Shown: positions 6,664 to 14,290, counted from the first letter of the stretch. The stretch: 17,155 nucleotides of DNA from a virus (IMGVR_UViG_3300005531_000248:64001-81155), one strand, 5' to 3'. Program-made: numbers and translations. Notes: a model not told the origin generated them from the sequence alone.

Positions 6664-7071
6664 ATGAAAAAACTCCTACTCTTATCACTCCTTCTATCCC
6701 TCTGCTTATTAGCAGAGAAGCCCAAGAAGCAACACAAGAAGGTAGAAGACACCTGCCACTTAAAGAAGCACGCCTGCCGCTGTTTGATACGGACTCAAAC
6801 GGTACAGGACGAAAAGACGCAAGAGTGCTTCGAGAAATTCCCAACCGACCGCAAGGCAAGACTGGACTGCTTCGCCCACATACCGGGACACTGCGACATA
6901 GTCGACTCGCCGGCTTACGGCCACTTCCAGGTTGAGAACCCGGAAACCCATGAGCAGATGTCAGTGAAATGCCAGATGTACTGCCATAAGGGCGGATGCG
7001 GCTGCGATGACGGACCGGTGTGCGAACTTACCGTTGAGTCCTACGATGAATCGGATGAATCACAACAGTGA
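6664..7071 (+). CDS. Secreted Cys-rich hypothetical protein (135 aa)
   Basis: Signal peptide MKKLLLLSLLLSLCLLA; 11 further Cys including CRC and CQMYCHKGGCGC; acidic tail. Confidence 0.8.
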   Translation: MKKLLLLSLLLSLCLLAEKPKKQHKKVEDTCHLKKHACRCLIRTQTVQDEKTQECFEKFPTDRKARLDCFAHIPGHCDIVDSPAYGHFQVENPETHEQMSVKCQMYCHKGGCGCDDGPVCELTVESYDESDESQQ

Positions 7072-7076
7072 ATCAG

Positions 7077-7111
7077 GCCGCAACTGACGAAAGAAACAAC
7101 CTGCGGTTTTT
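7077..7111 (+). terminator. Possible weak intrinsic terminator between convergent genes
   Basis: GCCGCA/TGCGGT stem followed by a T-run, but with a 19-nt loop. Confidence 0.3.
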
Positions 7112-7128
7112 CTCTCGCAGTATTCCCT

Positions 7129-7512
7129 TTAAGCACACCCGAGCTTCTTCCGTGTGGTGCGGTCGAATTCCGATAAGTCGGCCATCGCGCGATTGAACCA
7201 CAGGACCAATTCCGTGTCGGTCATATAATCGTGAGGGCCGTACATGCCGATGCGTTTACTTGAAATCTCCACGGTGAGTTCCCGGCCTCCGCAATTGATG
7301 ACGGCCCAACGCTCGTCGTCGCCCGCTATCCGAAGAGTAAAGGCATCGCCCAGTACCACAGGGCTCATATTGTCCGGCCACCACTCCGAACAATCTATAG
7401 AACAGTCCACCGATCCCCAACCCGCCTGTTGCGTGTTCCAGTAAACACGCTTCATTTCGCGAATAATGCCCTGCAACAAGGCTTCGAACAACTGCGTGTT
7501 GGTGCAGCTCAT
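7129..7512 (-). CDS. Hypothetical protein (127 aa)
   Basis: Start reassigned to ATG 7512, which overlaps the TGA of the upstream lipoprotein gene (ATGA). Confidence 0.7.
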   Translation of the reverse strand: MSCTNTQLFEALLQGIIREMKRVYWNTQQAGWGSVDCSIDCSEWWPDNMSPVVLGDAFTLRIAGDDERWAVINCGGRELTVEISSKRIGMYGPHDYMTDTELVLWFNRAMADLSEFDRTTRKKLGCA

Positions 7513-7838
7513 GCGTGCGGCTTCGCTTCGTCCAGTATTTTGATCTGGATGTGGAACTGCTGGCCCTCGCCCGGCATCAGATAGTCGGTCTCTCCGCAGC
7601 CGGTGTTCAGATCGCCCTTTACGCAGGCGTCCTGGCGCGAGCCGTCTTTTTCGCTGAAGAAATCCTTCTCCAGTTTCGAGCCGTCCGGGCACTTACCGGC
7701 CTTGGCGTGCGTGACCCGGTAGCAGTTGGGATCGAGGCTGTCGAAACCTAGGCGCGTTTCAAGGCTGTCTGAGCCAACTCGCGTTGAGCAGCTCGAGAGT
7801 AATACACCCGCCAGCAATATGGTCACAACCAGCTTCAT
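7509..7838 (-). CDS. Lipoprotein (hypothetical)
   Basis: MKLVVTILLAGVL-LSSC lipobox; four further Cys; G-rich SD-like tract upstream. Confidence 0.8.
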   Translation of the reverse strand: MKLVVTILLAGVLLSSCSTRVGSDSLETRLGFDSLDPNCYRVTHAKAGKCPDGSKLEKDFFSEKDGSRQDACVKGDLNTGCGETDYLMPGEGQQFHIQIKILDEAKPHA

Positions 7839-8051
7839 GCTCACCCCCGCCTTTTTAATTCTGCCTTAGTTCCGCTGCGATATTTTTCCGATATTCTAGA
7901 AATGTTCCCGGAGTGTTGGAGGGAGCAGCAATAACTGCCCCCGTCTCCCTGTTAAAAGGGGGATAGCCAAGTCTGGGGTCTAAAGCCCGGCGCGGGGTGC
8001 TCCAGCAAAATGACGAGGCGTCAGATTCCACGCCTACTAGGGAACACGCAA

Positions 8052-9227
8052 CTAGTCTTTGTACGGATCAAATTCGCCCTCGCCTGCCATAGCAACACCC
8101 AGTGGTGTTAAGACATGCAGAATTCGAATAGAGCCGTTGTGCTGTTCTAAAACCTCGGGCAGCCGCTTATAGCAATGCGGCGATTCGTCCACTCCTGCCC
8201 CGCGCAGTTCCACGCCTAACGGCTGAATCCACTCCGTCATCATCTCCCTGGTGACCTTCCCCGCCCGCTTTACCTCGCCCGTCTTCCTGTCGACCTTCCC
8301 TTTGGCTTCCATCCGGCCCATGACGCGGCCCGCTCCGTGAATTGTCGAATAGAGCGAATGCTCTCCGTCTGAGTGCTCGACGCCTTCGATAATCACCGAG
8401 ATATCGCCCATCGAGCCGCCCACGAAGCCCTTCTGCCCGGGGAACGCCGGCGTAGCGCCCTTCCTCACCACCCACATTTCGCCGTCACGATGTTTCTCGC
8501 ACCACGCGAAATTGTGATGATTGTGTACTTCCTTGAGTACCGCCGCGCCCAAGATGCGCGCCACGCGATCGCACACCCAATCCCTGCCCGCATACGCGTA
8601 CCGGCCGGCCAGCGCCATACACGCTAAGTAATCGGCGCCCAGATCCGATGAAACCGGAATGACGCAGGGATCTACCATCATTCCGTCTTTTGCCCCCGCC
8701 TCATTCAGGAAGTGTGTTGCGGTCTTGTGCCCGAGGCCGCGCGATCCAAAGTGGACTCCGATCCAGATGCGATCGAGTTCGTCCGAGAAGATGTCCACGT
8801 AGTGGTTTCCTGATCCCACGGTCCCCAGCTGGCCGCGCGCCATTTCCTTGAGCGGCGCCACGGCGCTAAGTTTCCAGGCCTCATCGTCAAACAGTTCGTG
8901 GTCTACCCGTTCGTTGTTGCGCCGGCCAATTCCGAAACTGATCGTGTTCCAAACGTCATCCATGATCCGGGCAATGTTGCGCTTGACGTCCGACGCATCG
9001 GCGTCTGTCAGGACCGCTTTATTTCCGCAGGCAATGTCAAAACCTACGCCCGAAGGGGATATTTTGTCGTGGTACGCCACGACTCCGCCGATGGGAACTG
9101 CGTAGCCGAGATGATGGTCGGCCATTAAAGCCGCGTGGTCTGCGGTCTTCATGCAGTTCTTGATCTGCTCTAACGCTCCCTGGTCTACTGGATCACCCCA
9201 TACTGGAATGCCTTCGATTACTTGCAT
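8052..9227 (-). CDS. rtcB: RtcB-family RNA ligase (391 aa from ATG 9227)
   Basis: Motifs DHHLGYAVPIGG, VGFDIACG, GTVGSGNHY, VHFGSRGLG, HNHHNFAW, VRKGATPA, GGSMG, HGAGR, DESPHCYK. The 96-aa N-terminal extension in the ORF track runs through the repeat module and an antisense gene and is not credible. Confidence 0.97.
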   Translation of the reverse strand: MQVIEGIPVWGDPVDQGALEQIKNCMKTADHAALMADHHLGYAVPIGGVVAYHDKISPSGVGFDIACGNKAVLTDADASDVKRNIARIMDDVWNTISFGIGRRNNERVDHELFDDEAWKLSAVAPLKEMARGQLGTVGSGNHYVDIFSDELDRIWIGVHFGSRGLGHKTATHFLNEAGAKDGMMVDPCVIPVSSDLGADYLACMALAGRYAYAGRDWVCDRVARILGAAVLKEVHNHHNFAWCEKHRDGEMWVVRKGATPAFPGQKGFVGGSMGDISVIIEGVEHSDGEHSLYSTIHGAGRVMGRMEAKGKVDRKTGEVKRAGKVTREMMTEWIQPLGVELRGAGVDESPHCYKRLPEVLEQHNGSIRILHVLTPLGVAMAGEGEFDPYKD

Positions 9228-9263
9228 AGTTTCAGTATGAGGAGTTTCTGGATCTGAGTGAAG

Positions 9264-9337
9264 GGTTTTTGTTGGTAACGCTCTCCTCAACGGTCTCGCG
9301 TTGGTTGAGCCAGTTGCTCGTTCGCGCTCGGGACGCG
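9264..9337 (-). repeat. Bipartite pre-start module, copy 4 (upstream of rtcB)
   Basis: Minus strand reads GAGCGCGAACG (box1 9329-9323), 27-nt spacer, GACCGTTGAGGAGAGCGTT (9295-9277), ACCAACAAAAACCC; ATG 9227 lies 49 nt further. Confidence 0.85.
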
Positions 9338-9339
9338 CT

Positions 9340-9528
9340 ATGTTGAACTCAGTGGAAGTTCCCAATCCGCACGACTCGAGCGACTTGGTCCTTAGGCTGG
9401 TTGAGAAACTGATTTCAACCGTGCGCGATTCCGGCGCCAACCACATGGAATCGTTATGCGCCTTGAAGGCCGCCGCGGACCTGCTCCCCGCATTGCGATT
9501 AGACCAAGAGCCCACTCTTAGGATTTAG
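9340..9528 (+). CDS. Small helical hypothetical protein (62 aa)
   Basis: MLNSVEV...DLVLRLVEKLISTV...LCALKAAADLLP amphipathic pattern; stop overlaps the stop of the convergent gene at 9525-9528; no SD. Confidence 0.5.
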   Translation: MLNSVEVPNPHDSSDLVLRLVEKLISTVRDSGANHMESLCALKAAADLLPALRLDQEPTLRI

Positions 9529-9722
9529 CGCACATCGACCGATTGGGTGCGCGTAGTAAATTCCGAAAGAAACTTCTCGGCTTGATCGCGTGCGATCAGA
9601 ATATTCTGCTGGTCAGAAAACCATATGCGGCACGAACCATCGTTCAAAATACGAATGAAGGCCACGCGATCAGTATTCACTAGCAGCGTGTCCCCGCCCG
9701 GCAAACCTAACGTAAAGAACAT
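9525..9722 (-). CDS. Small hypothetical protein (65 aa)
   Basis: GGAGGGGAG SD upstream of the ATG; compact beta-alpha pattern. Confidence 0.75.
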   Translation of the reverse strand: MFFTLGLPGGDTLLVNTDRVAFIRILNDGSCRIWFSDQQNILIARDQAEKFLSEFTTRTQSVDVR

Positions 9723-9822
9723 CTGTTTCTCCCCTCCGGTTCAAGTCTAAGAGACAAACAGAGAACGGTAAATATCGCAGGGTAATAGCCCCGCCAACGC
9801 TGGAGCGTGTTGCGGATGGGAT

Positions 9823-10314
9823 TCAGCCCATCCAGTCGCGAGGACCCGAGCGGATGTTGCGCGTTGCGGGGCGGCCCCCGGAGGCTTTACCGAAGAACAG
9901 ATCCTCCAGGCTCTTCTCCGACAATTCGTCAGCCGTGATTTCTTGCTTGTTGTACGCCAGGAAGGCTCTGGTCTCGTCCGACTGGATCGAAAAAACCAGA
10001 GGGGCTTTGTCGGAAGGCGTCACGCGAATGGACTCTTCCGCTTCATTGAATTCAATGAGAACGCTCTTGCTGATGTCGCGGATGATGGTCTGACCATCGC
10101 GGGGAATGGTGCGCTTCACAAGAAAGCGGTGGCCGTTTTCAGGGCGGCAGTCCACCTGAGGCGCGTCTGGGTCGCAGTAGTTTCTGTTGAAGCTTTCACA
10201 GCAATCCTGAATCAACGCCCTCACGGTTTGCCAAATGCTGTCGGCTTGGGACCTGAGTACGTATTCCCGCCTGGCTCGGCGATCTACCCAGTTCGAGGAC
10301 TGCTCGTCGCTCAC
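9823..10314 (-). CDS. Hypothetical protein (163 aa)
   Basis: GTG start 8 nt after the upstream stop; protein-like composition; GC-rich hairpin at 9791-9815 follows the stop. Confidence 0.75.
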   Translation of the reverse strand: MSDEQSSNWVDRRARREYVLRSQADSIWQTVRALIQDCCESFNRNYCDPDAPQVDCRPENGHRFLVKRTIPRDGQTIIRDISKSVLIEFNEAEESIRVTPSDKAPLVFSIQSDETRAFLAYNKQEITADELSEKSLEDLFFGKASGGRPATRNIRSGPRDWMG

Positions 10315-10322
10315 GGTTTACC

Positions 10323-11084
10323 TTACGGCTTTTCGGGTGCCAGCGGCGACTCGAAGCCCACCAGTCTTCTTACGGCTTCGCAGTTCGTCCCCTTCATCGC
10401 TTCTTCGACAACGCGGGCCATATCCGGCTTTTCGAGGACCTTCGCCTCTGTCAGCATGCCGTCCAGTACCCCGCAGGCGTAAAGCGACTGAAAAGCCTTC
10501 TTGGCTTCCGGCGTGAGCGCTGCCGCAGGTTTCTCCGGCTCAGGAGCCGAAGGCGCCGGGGTGAGCTCGGGGGCGCTCAATTGGCGGCTCATTTGCTGAT
10601 TCTGTAACTGCAGCTGCCGAAGCTGCCGCAGTTTAATCATCGTGTCGATCGGATCGTTGAAGGTCGGCGGACGGACTCTCATCGGAATACTGGAATCGGT
10701 CGAAGTCGTGGGTATTGTTGGCCGTTCCACTTGTCTTCGATCTTCGCCGCATTGCCACACCCAACGGCCGGATTGCCCGTTAGGATCGGTCAGGCAGACC
10801 GGCCGCGGATTCTCACATACCGCCGTTCCGAGCGTCCGCTGTGGGATAAGTTGGCCCCAACACGGACCGACCTGGGCGACCGCCTTTAAGGGCAATAGCA
10901 AAAGCGCCACGATCACGACGCCCTTGGCTGCCGTTTTCGCCCACCTCGCTTTTGCCGCCTTCCGCGCGTACTCGCTTCTCTGCTCCGGCGTCAGCTTCTC
11001 CATGCGGGCTACCGCACTCTTTAGTCCGCCCCGCCGGCCCTCCTTTTTGAAATACTCCCGAACACCCTTGGGTATCTTAGCCAT
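10323..11084 (-). CDS. Basic KGG-like N-terminal domain fused to a signal/TM segment and an exported-type domain (253 aa)
   Basis: MAKIPKGVREYFKKEGRRGGLKSAVARMEKLTPEQRSEYARKAAKARW matches the widespread GRKGG...LTPEQRSEIARKAA.ARW small-protein pattern, followed by GVVIVALLLLPLKAVA-Q. Start 11084 fits the promoter geometry. Confidence 0.75.
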   Translation of the reverse strand: MAKIPKGVREYFKKEGRRGGLKSAVARMEKLTPEQRSEYARKAAKARWAKTAAKGVVIVALLLLPLKAVAQVGPCWGQLIPQRTLGTAVCENPRPVCLTDPNGQSGRWVWQCGEDRRQVERPTIPTTSTDSSIPMRVRPPTFNDPIDTMIKLRQLRQLQLQNQQMSRQLSAPELTPAPSAPEPEKPAAALTPEAKKAFQSLYACGVLDGMLTEAKVLEKPDMARVVEEAMKGTNCEAVRRLVGFESPLAPEKP

Positions 11085-11091
11085 TGCCCAT

Positions 11092-11120
11092 AGCGTAACC
11101 CCGTTTGCATTAAAAGTAAA
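11092..11120 (-). promoter_or_regulatory. Leftward sigma70-type promoter, predicted leaderless transcript
   Basis: TTTACT (11120-11115) -17 nt- TACGCT (11097-11092); ATG 11084 lies 7 nt after the -10. Confidence 0.55.
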
Positions 11121-11128
11121 ACAGGGGC

Positions 11129-11158
11129 TTGACTGCGCAAGGGGGTTGCGCATATACT
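11129..11158 (+). promoter_or_regulatory. Rightward sigma70-type promoter of the early operon
   Basis: TTGACT 11129-11134 -18 nt- TATACT 11153-11158. Confidence 0.75.
11134..11152. promoter_or_regulatory. Palindromic operator candidate in the promoter spacer
   Basis: Perfect inverted repeat TGCGCAA-GGGGG-TTGCGCA; a further TGCGCAA half-site at 11174-11180. Confidence 0.65.
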
Positions 11159-11240
11159 AAGAACGTACTCCGATGCGCAACGCCGGTTCATTTGAGAACA
11201 AACCAACGCCGGGAGCGAAAGCAAGGTGCAAGGAGGCACT

Positions 11241-11501
11241 GTGGCAGCTCCCAAAGACGAGCTGGACGGACCGCTGTTCCGGGTCCGTCTGGCCGCCGAA
11301 ACGCAAATCTACGACCGGAAGACGGGCGAGTGGCAGAATCACTCCGTCTCGCCGGGCAGCCAATTCACCGTGGTCAAGCAGGGCAATTCGATTGACCTTG
11401 AGATCGCTCAGCCAGCGCTTTCCTGGGACGACGTTCCCTTGCGGGTGCTGCTTCAGAAAGCATTAAAGGCCCTGTTACGGGGCATCGAGGACAAACCATG
11501 A
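11241..11501 (+). CDS. Hypothetical protein (86 aa), first gene of the early operon
   Basis: AAGGAGG-CACT-GTG start; ATGA overlap with the next gene. Confidence 0.75.
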   Translation: MAAPKDELDGPLFRVRLAAETQIYDRKTGEWQNHSVSPGSQFTVVKQGNSIDLEIAQPALSWDDVPLRVLLQKALKALLRGIEDKP

Positions 11502-11896
11502 ATCACTTTCAACAGTTAGAAACCAGCCTGAAACTGCGGCCAATCCTGGCCACGGTGCAGATTCCGGCTCCCCTTGAATCGAAACCGGCCCAGCGCGAAG
11601 ACCTGCCCTGGATCAAAACCGTAGAGATGGAATGCGCCGACTGCGGAGGCTCGGGCGGCGATGCGGCGTCCTGGGACCCGGATTGCCAACCGTGCCCGCA
11701 TTGCATGGGCTCGGGCAAGGAAACGGTAACGCGCAACTATCTGCGCGAAGCCTTCGATCTCGCGCACAACGCCGAATCGTCCATCGTGCCCGAACGCGAG
11801 CACGTGGTAGCGATTTTGCAATACGTCAACCGCACCGTGAACGATGCGCACGAAGGCCTCGGCGCGCTGAAGACTTTTATCCCGGAGGTGGCCTAG
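11498..11896 (+). CDS. Zn-finger protein with a DnaJ-type CxxCxGxG pair
   Basis: CADCGGSG...CPHCMGSG; GAGGA SD. Confidence 0.85.
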   Translation: MNHFQQLETSLKLRPILATVQIPAPLESKPAQREDLPWIKTVEMECADCGGSGGDAASWDPDCQPCPHCMGSGKETVTRNYLREAFDLAHNAESSIVPEREHVVAILQYVNRTVNDAHEGLGALKTFIPEVA

Positions 11897-11898
11897 CC

Positions 11899-12261
11899 AT
11901 GCCGAAAACAACGCGATACGAACTCTGGAAACAATCCATCGAGCAACTTCAGCAAGCCATCGATGCTTTGGATCAGGCGCACGCCACGATGAAATCGATC
12001 GGCCTGGAGGACGTTGACAATGGTTGCGGCGGGGCTTACCGCGCCACTATCAAATCGGTCTGCGGTAATGCCGAATCGATCCTTGAGGAACTCCGTACCG
12101 CAGATTGCGACGAATGCCAGCATGCGATCCAACTGCACGTCGAGAAATATGGCTGCGAATATGAGCGCGGCGATGTTGCAACGCCCTGCCGGGACGGCGG
12201 AACAATTATGGCGGCTGCAGGTCCGTGTGGTTGCGATTGGTGGCACAGGGAGGTGGCGTGA
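11899..12261 (+). CDS. Hypothetical Cys-containing protein (120 aa)
   Basis: GGAGG SD; start reassigned to ATG 11899; CDECQH...H...GC and CGC motifs suggest metal binding. Confidence 0.75.
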   Translation: MPKTTRYELWKQSIEQLQQAIDALDQAHATMKSIGLEDVDNGCGGAYRATIKSVCGNAESILEELRTADCDECQHAIQLHVEKYGCEYERGDVATPCRDGGTIMAAAGPCGCDWWHREVA

Positions 12262-12986
12262 TGGAATTCATCAAGTTCGACACCAACATCCCGCAGGAAA
12301 TGGCCTTCACTCACGCCGAGGGCGTTCCCAAAGACGGGCAGTGGGGCGAGTACTACTTCCGTACCACCACCGACGGCCGGGGAGTTTCGTTCAAGCGCGA
12401 CGTCGAGAGCAAAATCCTTGCGCTTGAAATTCAGCCCGGCGAGATTGTCTCGATCTGCAAAAAAGAGCAGAAGCAGGGCAACCGCCGCAACATCATCTGG
12501 GAAGTGAAACGGGTAGATCCGCCCGGAGATCCCGGCGCGCCCGTTCAGCCGGTTGCGATCCAAGCGGCAGCGGTCACCCAACCGCCACCCGCTCGCAGGC
12601 CTGCGAGCGGAGCCCCTCCCGCTAGAGAAACGGCTCCGCAAGCAGCATCCGTCCAGCCGAAACCGAACGGCACAGCTACCGAGAATCATATCGCGCCCGC
12701 GGCTACAGAGCGGGCACCGATTATTCACACTGAACTGAGTCAGGCCATTGCAGGAGTTCTAATCGCCGCAGTAGATGGATTCCTGCAAACCTGCGAATAC
12801 GCCAAATCGAAAGGCCTGCAAGTCGAATGGCACCTCGACTTCACCGGCGATCTTTTGCAGCGCTTGGCCACCTCGGCCTTCATCGCCGTCATGGACGGTA
12901 AACCCCAAGCGCTGAATCTTCGCGCCCGCAACGAACAACTACGCGAGTCGAGAGCCGCTAACGGAGGTGCATCATGGCCGCATTAG
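12261..12986 (+). CDS. Hypothetical protein (241 aa): beta-rich N-domain, Pro/Ala linker, helical C-domain; possibly SSB/recombination-related
   Basis: GGAGG SD and TGATG overlap; functional guess rests on architecture only. Confidence 0.75.
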   Translation: MEFIKFDTNIPQEMAFTHAEGVPKDGQWGEYYFRTTTDGRGVSFKRDVESKILALEIQPGEIVSICKKEQKQGNRRNIIWEVKRVDPPGDPGAPVQPVAIQAAAVTQPPPARRPASGAPPARETAPQAASVQPKPNGTATENHIAPAATERAPIIHTELSQAIAGVLIAAVDGFLQTCEYAKSKGLQVEWHLDFTGDLLQRLATSAFIAVMDGKPQALNLRARNEQLRESRAANGGASWPH

Positions 12987-13108
12987 TCCTTTCCTTCGTG
13001 GCCGGGTTCATCGTGGGTGTTGCCCTGGTGCTGTTCCTGGTCTATTTCGGCGGGGGCTTGGTCAACAACAAGTGGGATGACGGAGGCGACGACTCATGGC
13101 CGCGTTGA
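12974..13108 (+). CDS. Small single-TM protein MAALVLSFVAGFIVGVALVLFLVYFGGGLVNNKWDDGGDDSWPR (44 aa; not in ORF track)
   Basis: Translated by hand; GGAGG SD; overlaps both neighbours by 13 nt. Confidence 0.75.
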   Translation: MAALVLSFVAGFIVGVALVLFLVYFGGGLVNNKWDDGGDDSWPR

Positions 13109-13515
13109 GTATGCTGTCCTCCCCGTATCACATTTCAGGACTGACGCCGCGCGAATCGGAAATTGCGGTCTACGCAGCCCTCGGTTACAACAACAACCAG
13201 ATTGCCCACATGGCCGGCATCAATCTACAAACGGTGAAAAACCACCTGAAGAGCTGCTACCGGGCTCTAGGAATTGTAAAACGAGAACAATTAGAACCGA
13301 TCGTTTATGAATGTGTTCCTGAAGTTCGGGAAGAGATGAAACGATTAGGGAGATCACCCCGGTTGGTCGCTGATGATAAGGGGCGCACAACCTACGGTTT
13401 TTCGCCCCTTACAAACCCCGCTTTTCCCTCCGAGAGCGCGAACGAGCGCAAGCCGCAAGCTCGCGAGACCGCTGAGAAGAGCGTTGCCAACAAAAACAGC
13501 GGAGGCCTTGAATGA
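13096..13515 (+). CDS. LuxR/GerE-type HTH regulator
   Basis: LTPRESEIAVYAALGYNNNQIAHMAGINLQTVKNHLKSCYRALG; GGAGG SD. Confidence 0.9.
   Translation: MAALSMLSSPYHISGLTPRESEIAVYAALGYNNNQIAHMAGINLQTVKNHLKSCYRALGIVKREQLEPIVYECVPEVREEMKRLGRSPRLVADDKGRTTYGFSPLTNPAFPSESANERKPQARETAEKSVANKNSGGLE
13434..13497 (+). repeat. Bipartite pre-start module, copy 5 (inside the 3' end of the LuxR gene)
   Basis: GAGCGCGAACG 13434; 26-nt spacer; GACCGCTGAGAAGAGCGTT 13467-13485; AACAAAAAC; ATG 13512. Confidence 0.88.
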
Positions 13516-13733
13516 CTCGCATTGCAGAGCCGAAAACACATCTCAAGGCCGAGACATCCGCCGTCTACCGTAATCGTCCCCTGATCGTGGAACTATCCGC
13601 GCACACAGTAGCGATCCATCCCAAAGGGGTCCGCGAGGCTTACAATGTCCCCTGGCTGGCGGTATTTGAACTGGGCCAGAAATTAAGCGTCCTTGAAACG
13701 AGAAAAGAGAAACACAGCAGGAGGACCAAATGA
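13512..13733 (+). CDS. Hypothetical protein (73 aa)
   Basis: GGAGG SD; ATGA overlaps at both ends. Confidence 0.8.
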   Translation: MTRIAEPKTHLKAETSAVYRNRPLIVELSAHTVAIHPKGVREAYNVPWLAVFELGQKLSVLETRKEKHSRRTK

Positions 13734-13795
13734 TGCTCACCGGTAAGCGCCTTGCGCTGCTCTGGCGATACGCCCTGTTAGGAGCGCGGTACTGA
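13730..13795 (+). CDS. Mini-ORF MMLTGKRLALLWRYALLGARY (21 aa)
   Basis: AGGAGG SD and ATGA overlap; very short. Confidence 0.5.
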   Translation: MMLTGKRLALLWRYALLGARY

Positions 13796-13796
13796 C

Positions 13797-13865
13797 ATGG
13801 GGTATCCCCACTGGAGTAGCAGCGCGTTTGGATTGGCGTCTTCGACTTCGGAGGTCCGGTCATGA
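13797..13865 (+). CDS. Mini-ORF MGYPHWSSSAFGLASSTSEVRS (22 aa)
   Basis: Starts 1 nt after the previous stop; its TGA overlaps the next ATG. Confidence 0.35.
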   Translation: MGYPHWSSSAFGLASSTSEVRS

Positions 13866-14290
13866 GCTTCGTTTTCGACACAAGCCACATCGATGTGATC
13901 GAGGAGTGGTTAAGAATCAGCCCACCGGCAGCCATCACGCTGCCCGTCGGTGATCCCCTCGCCAGACAGCATGTCGTTTATATCTGCCAGCCTCCCGGAA
14001 CGGGTGAGCGCGAGGACCAGACTGAATTGCTGTATCTCGCGCGGCTGATCGCCGCTGCGCCGGATTTGCTTCGTCTCGCCCGGGCCACGTCTCATGTCGG
14101 CAAATCACTCCGGGCCGTCCGCGAGGGAATTAGCGACGAGTTGATTCTGGAGTTGGTCCAACTTGCCGACCGGACCATCGCCGAAGCCGAGGGAGCCATT
14201 CAGAGCGCGAACGCGGGAAAGCCGCAACCGACGTCCGACCGCCCAGAGGAGCGTCAAAAACAAAACAACAACCCAGGAGAAAGTTTATGA
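13862..14290 (+). CDS. Phage hypothetical protein with an ARLIAAAPDLL motif (142 aa)
   Basis: GGAGG SD; LIAAAPDLL...IAEAEG is a common phage small-protein pattern; C-terminus reads through module copy 6. Confidence 0.8.
   Translation: MSFVFDTSHIDVIEEWLRISPPAAITLPVGDPLARQHVVYICQPPGTGEREDQTELLYLARLIAAAPDLLRLARATSHVGKSLRAVREGISDELILELVQLADRTIAEAEGAIQSANAGKPQPTSDRPEERQKQNNNPGESL
14203..14270 (+). repeat. Bipartite pre-start module, copy 6
   Basis: GAGCGCGAACG 14203; 27-nt spacer; GACCGCCCAGAGGAGCGTC 14237-14255; AAAAACAAAACAACA; ATG 14287. Confidence 0.85.

Noticed and set aside
7970-7992. GGGGTCTAAAGCCC resembling the twister P4/L4 loop
   Set aside because: No GA plus complementary T1 partner and no suitable P1/P2 around a UAA on either side
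9228-9515. 96-aa N-terminal extension of RtcB in the ORF track
   Set aside because: RtcB similarity begins at MQVIEG (9227); the extension crosses the repeat module and an antisense ORF
11173-11466. ORF MRNAGSFENK... as first early gene
   Set aside because: No SD, and it overlaps the better-supported GTG-11241 gene in another frame
13477-13484. Lambda boxA-like CGCTCTT in the module
   Set aside because: It is on the strand opposite to transcription and is only the reverse complement of the box2 right arm
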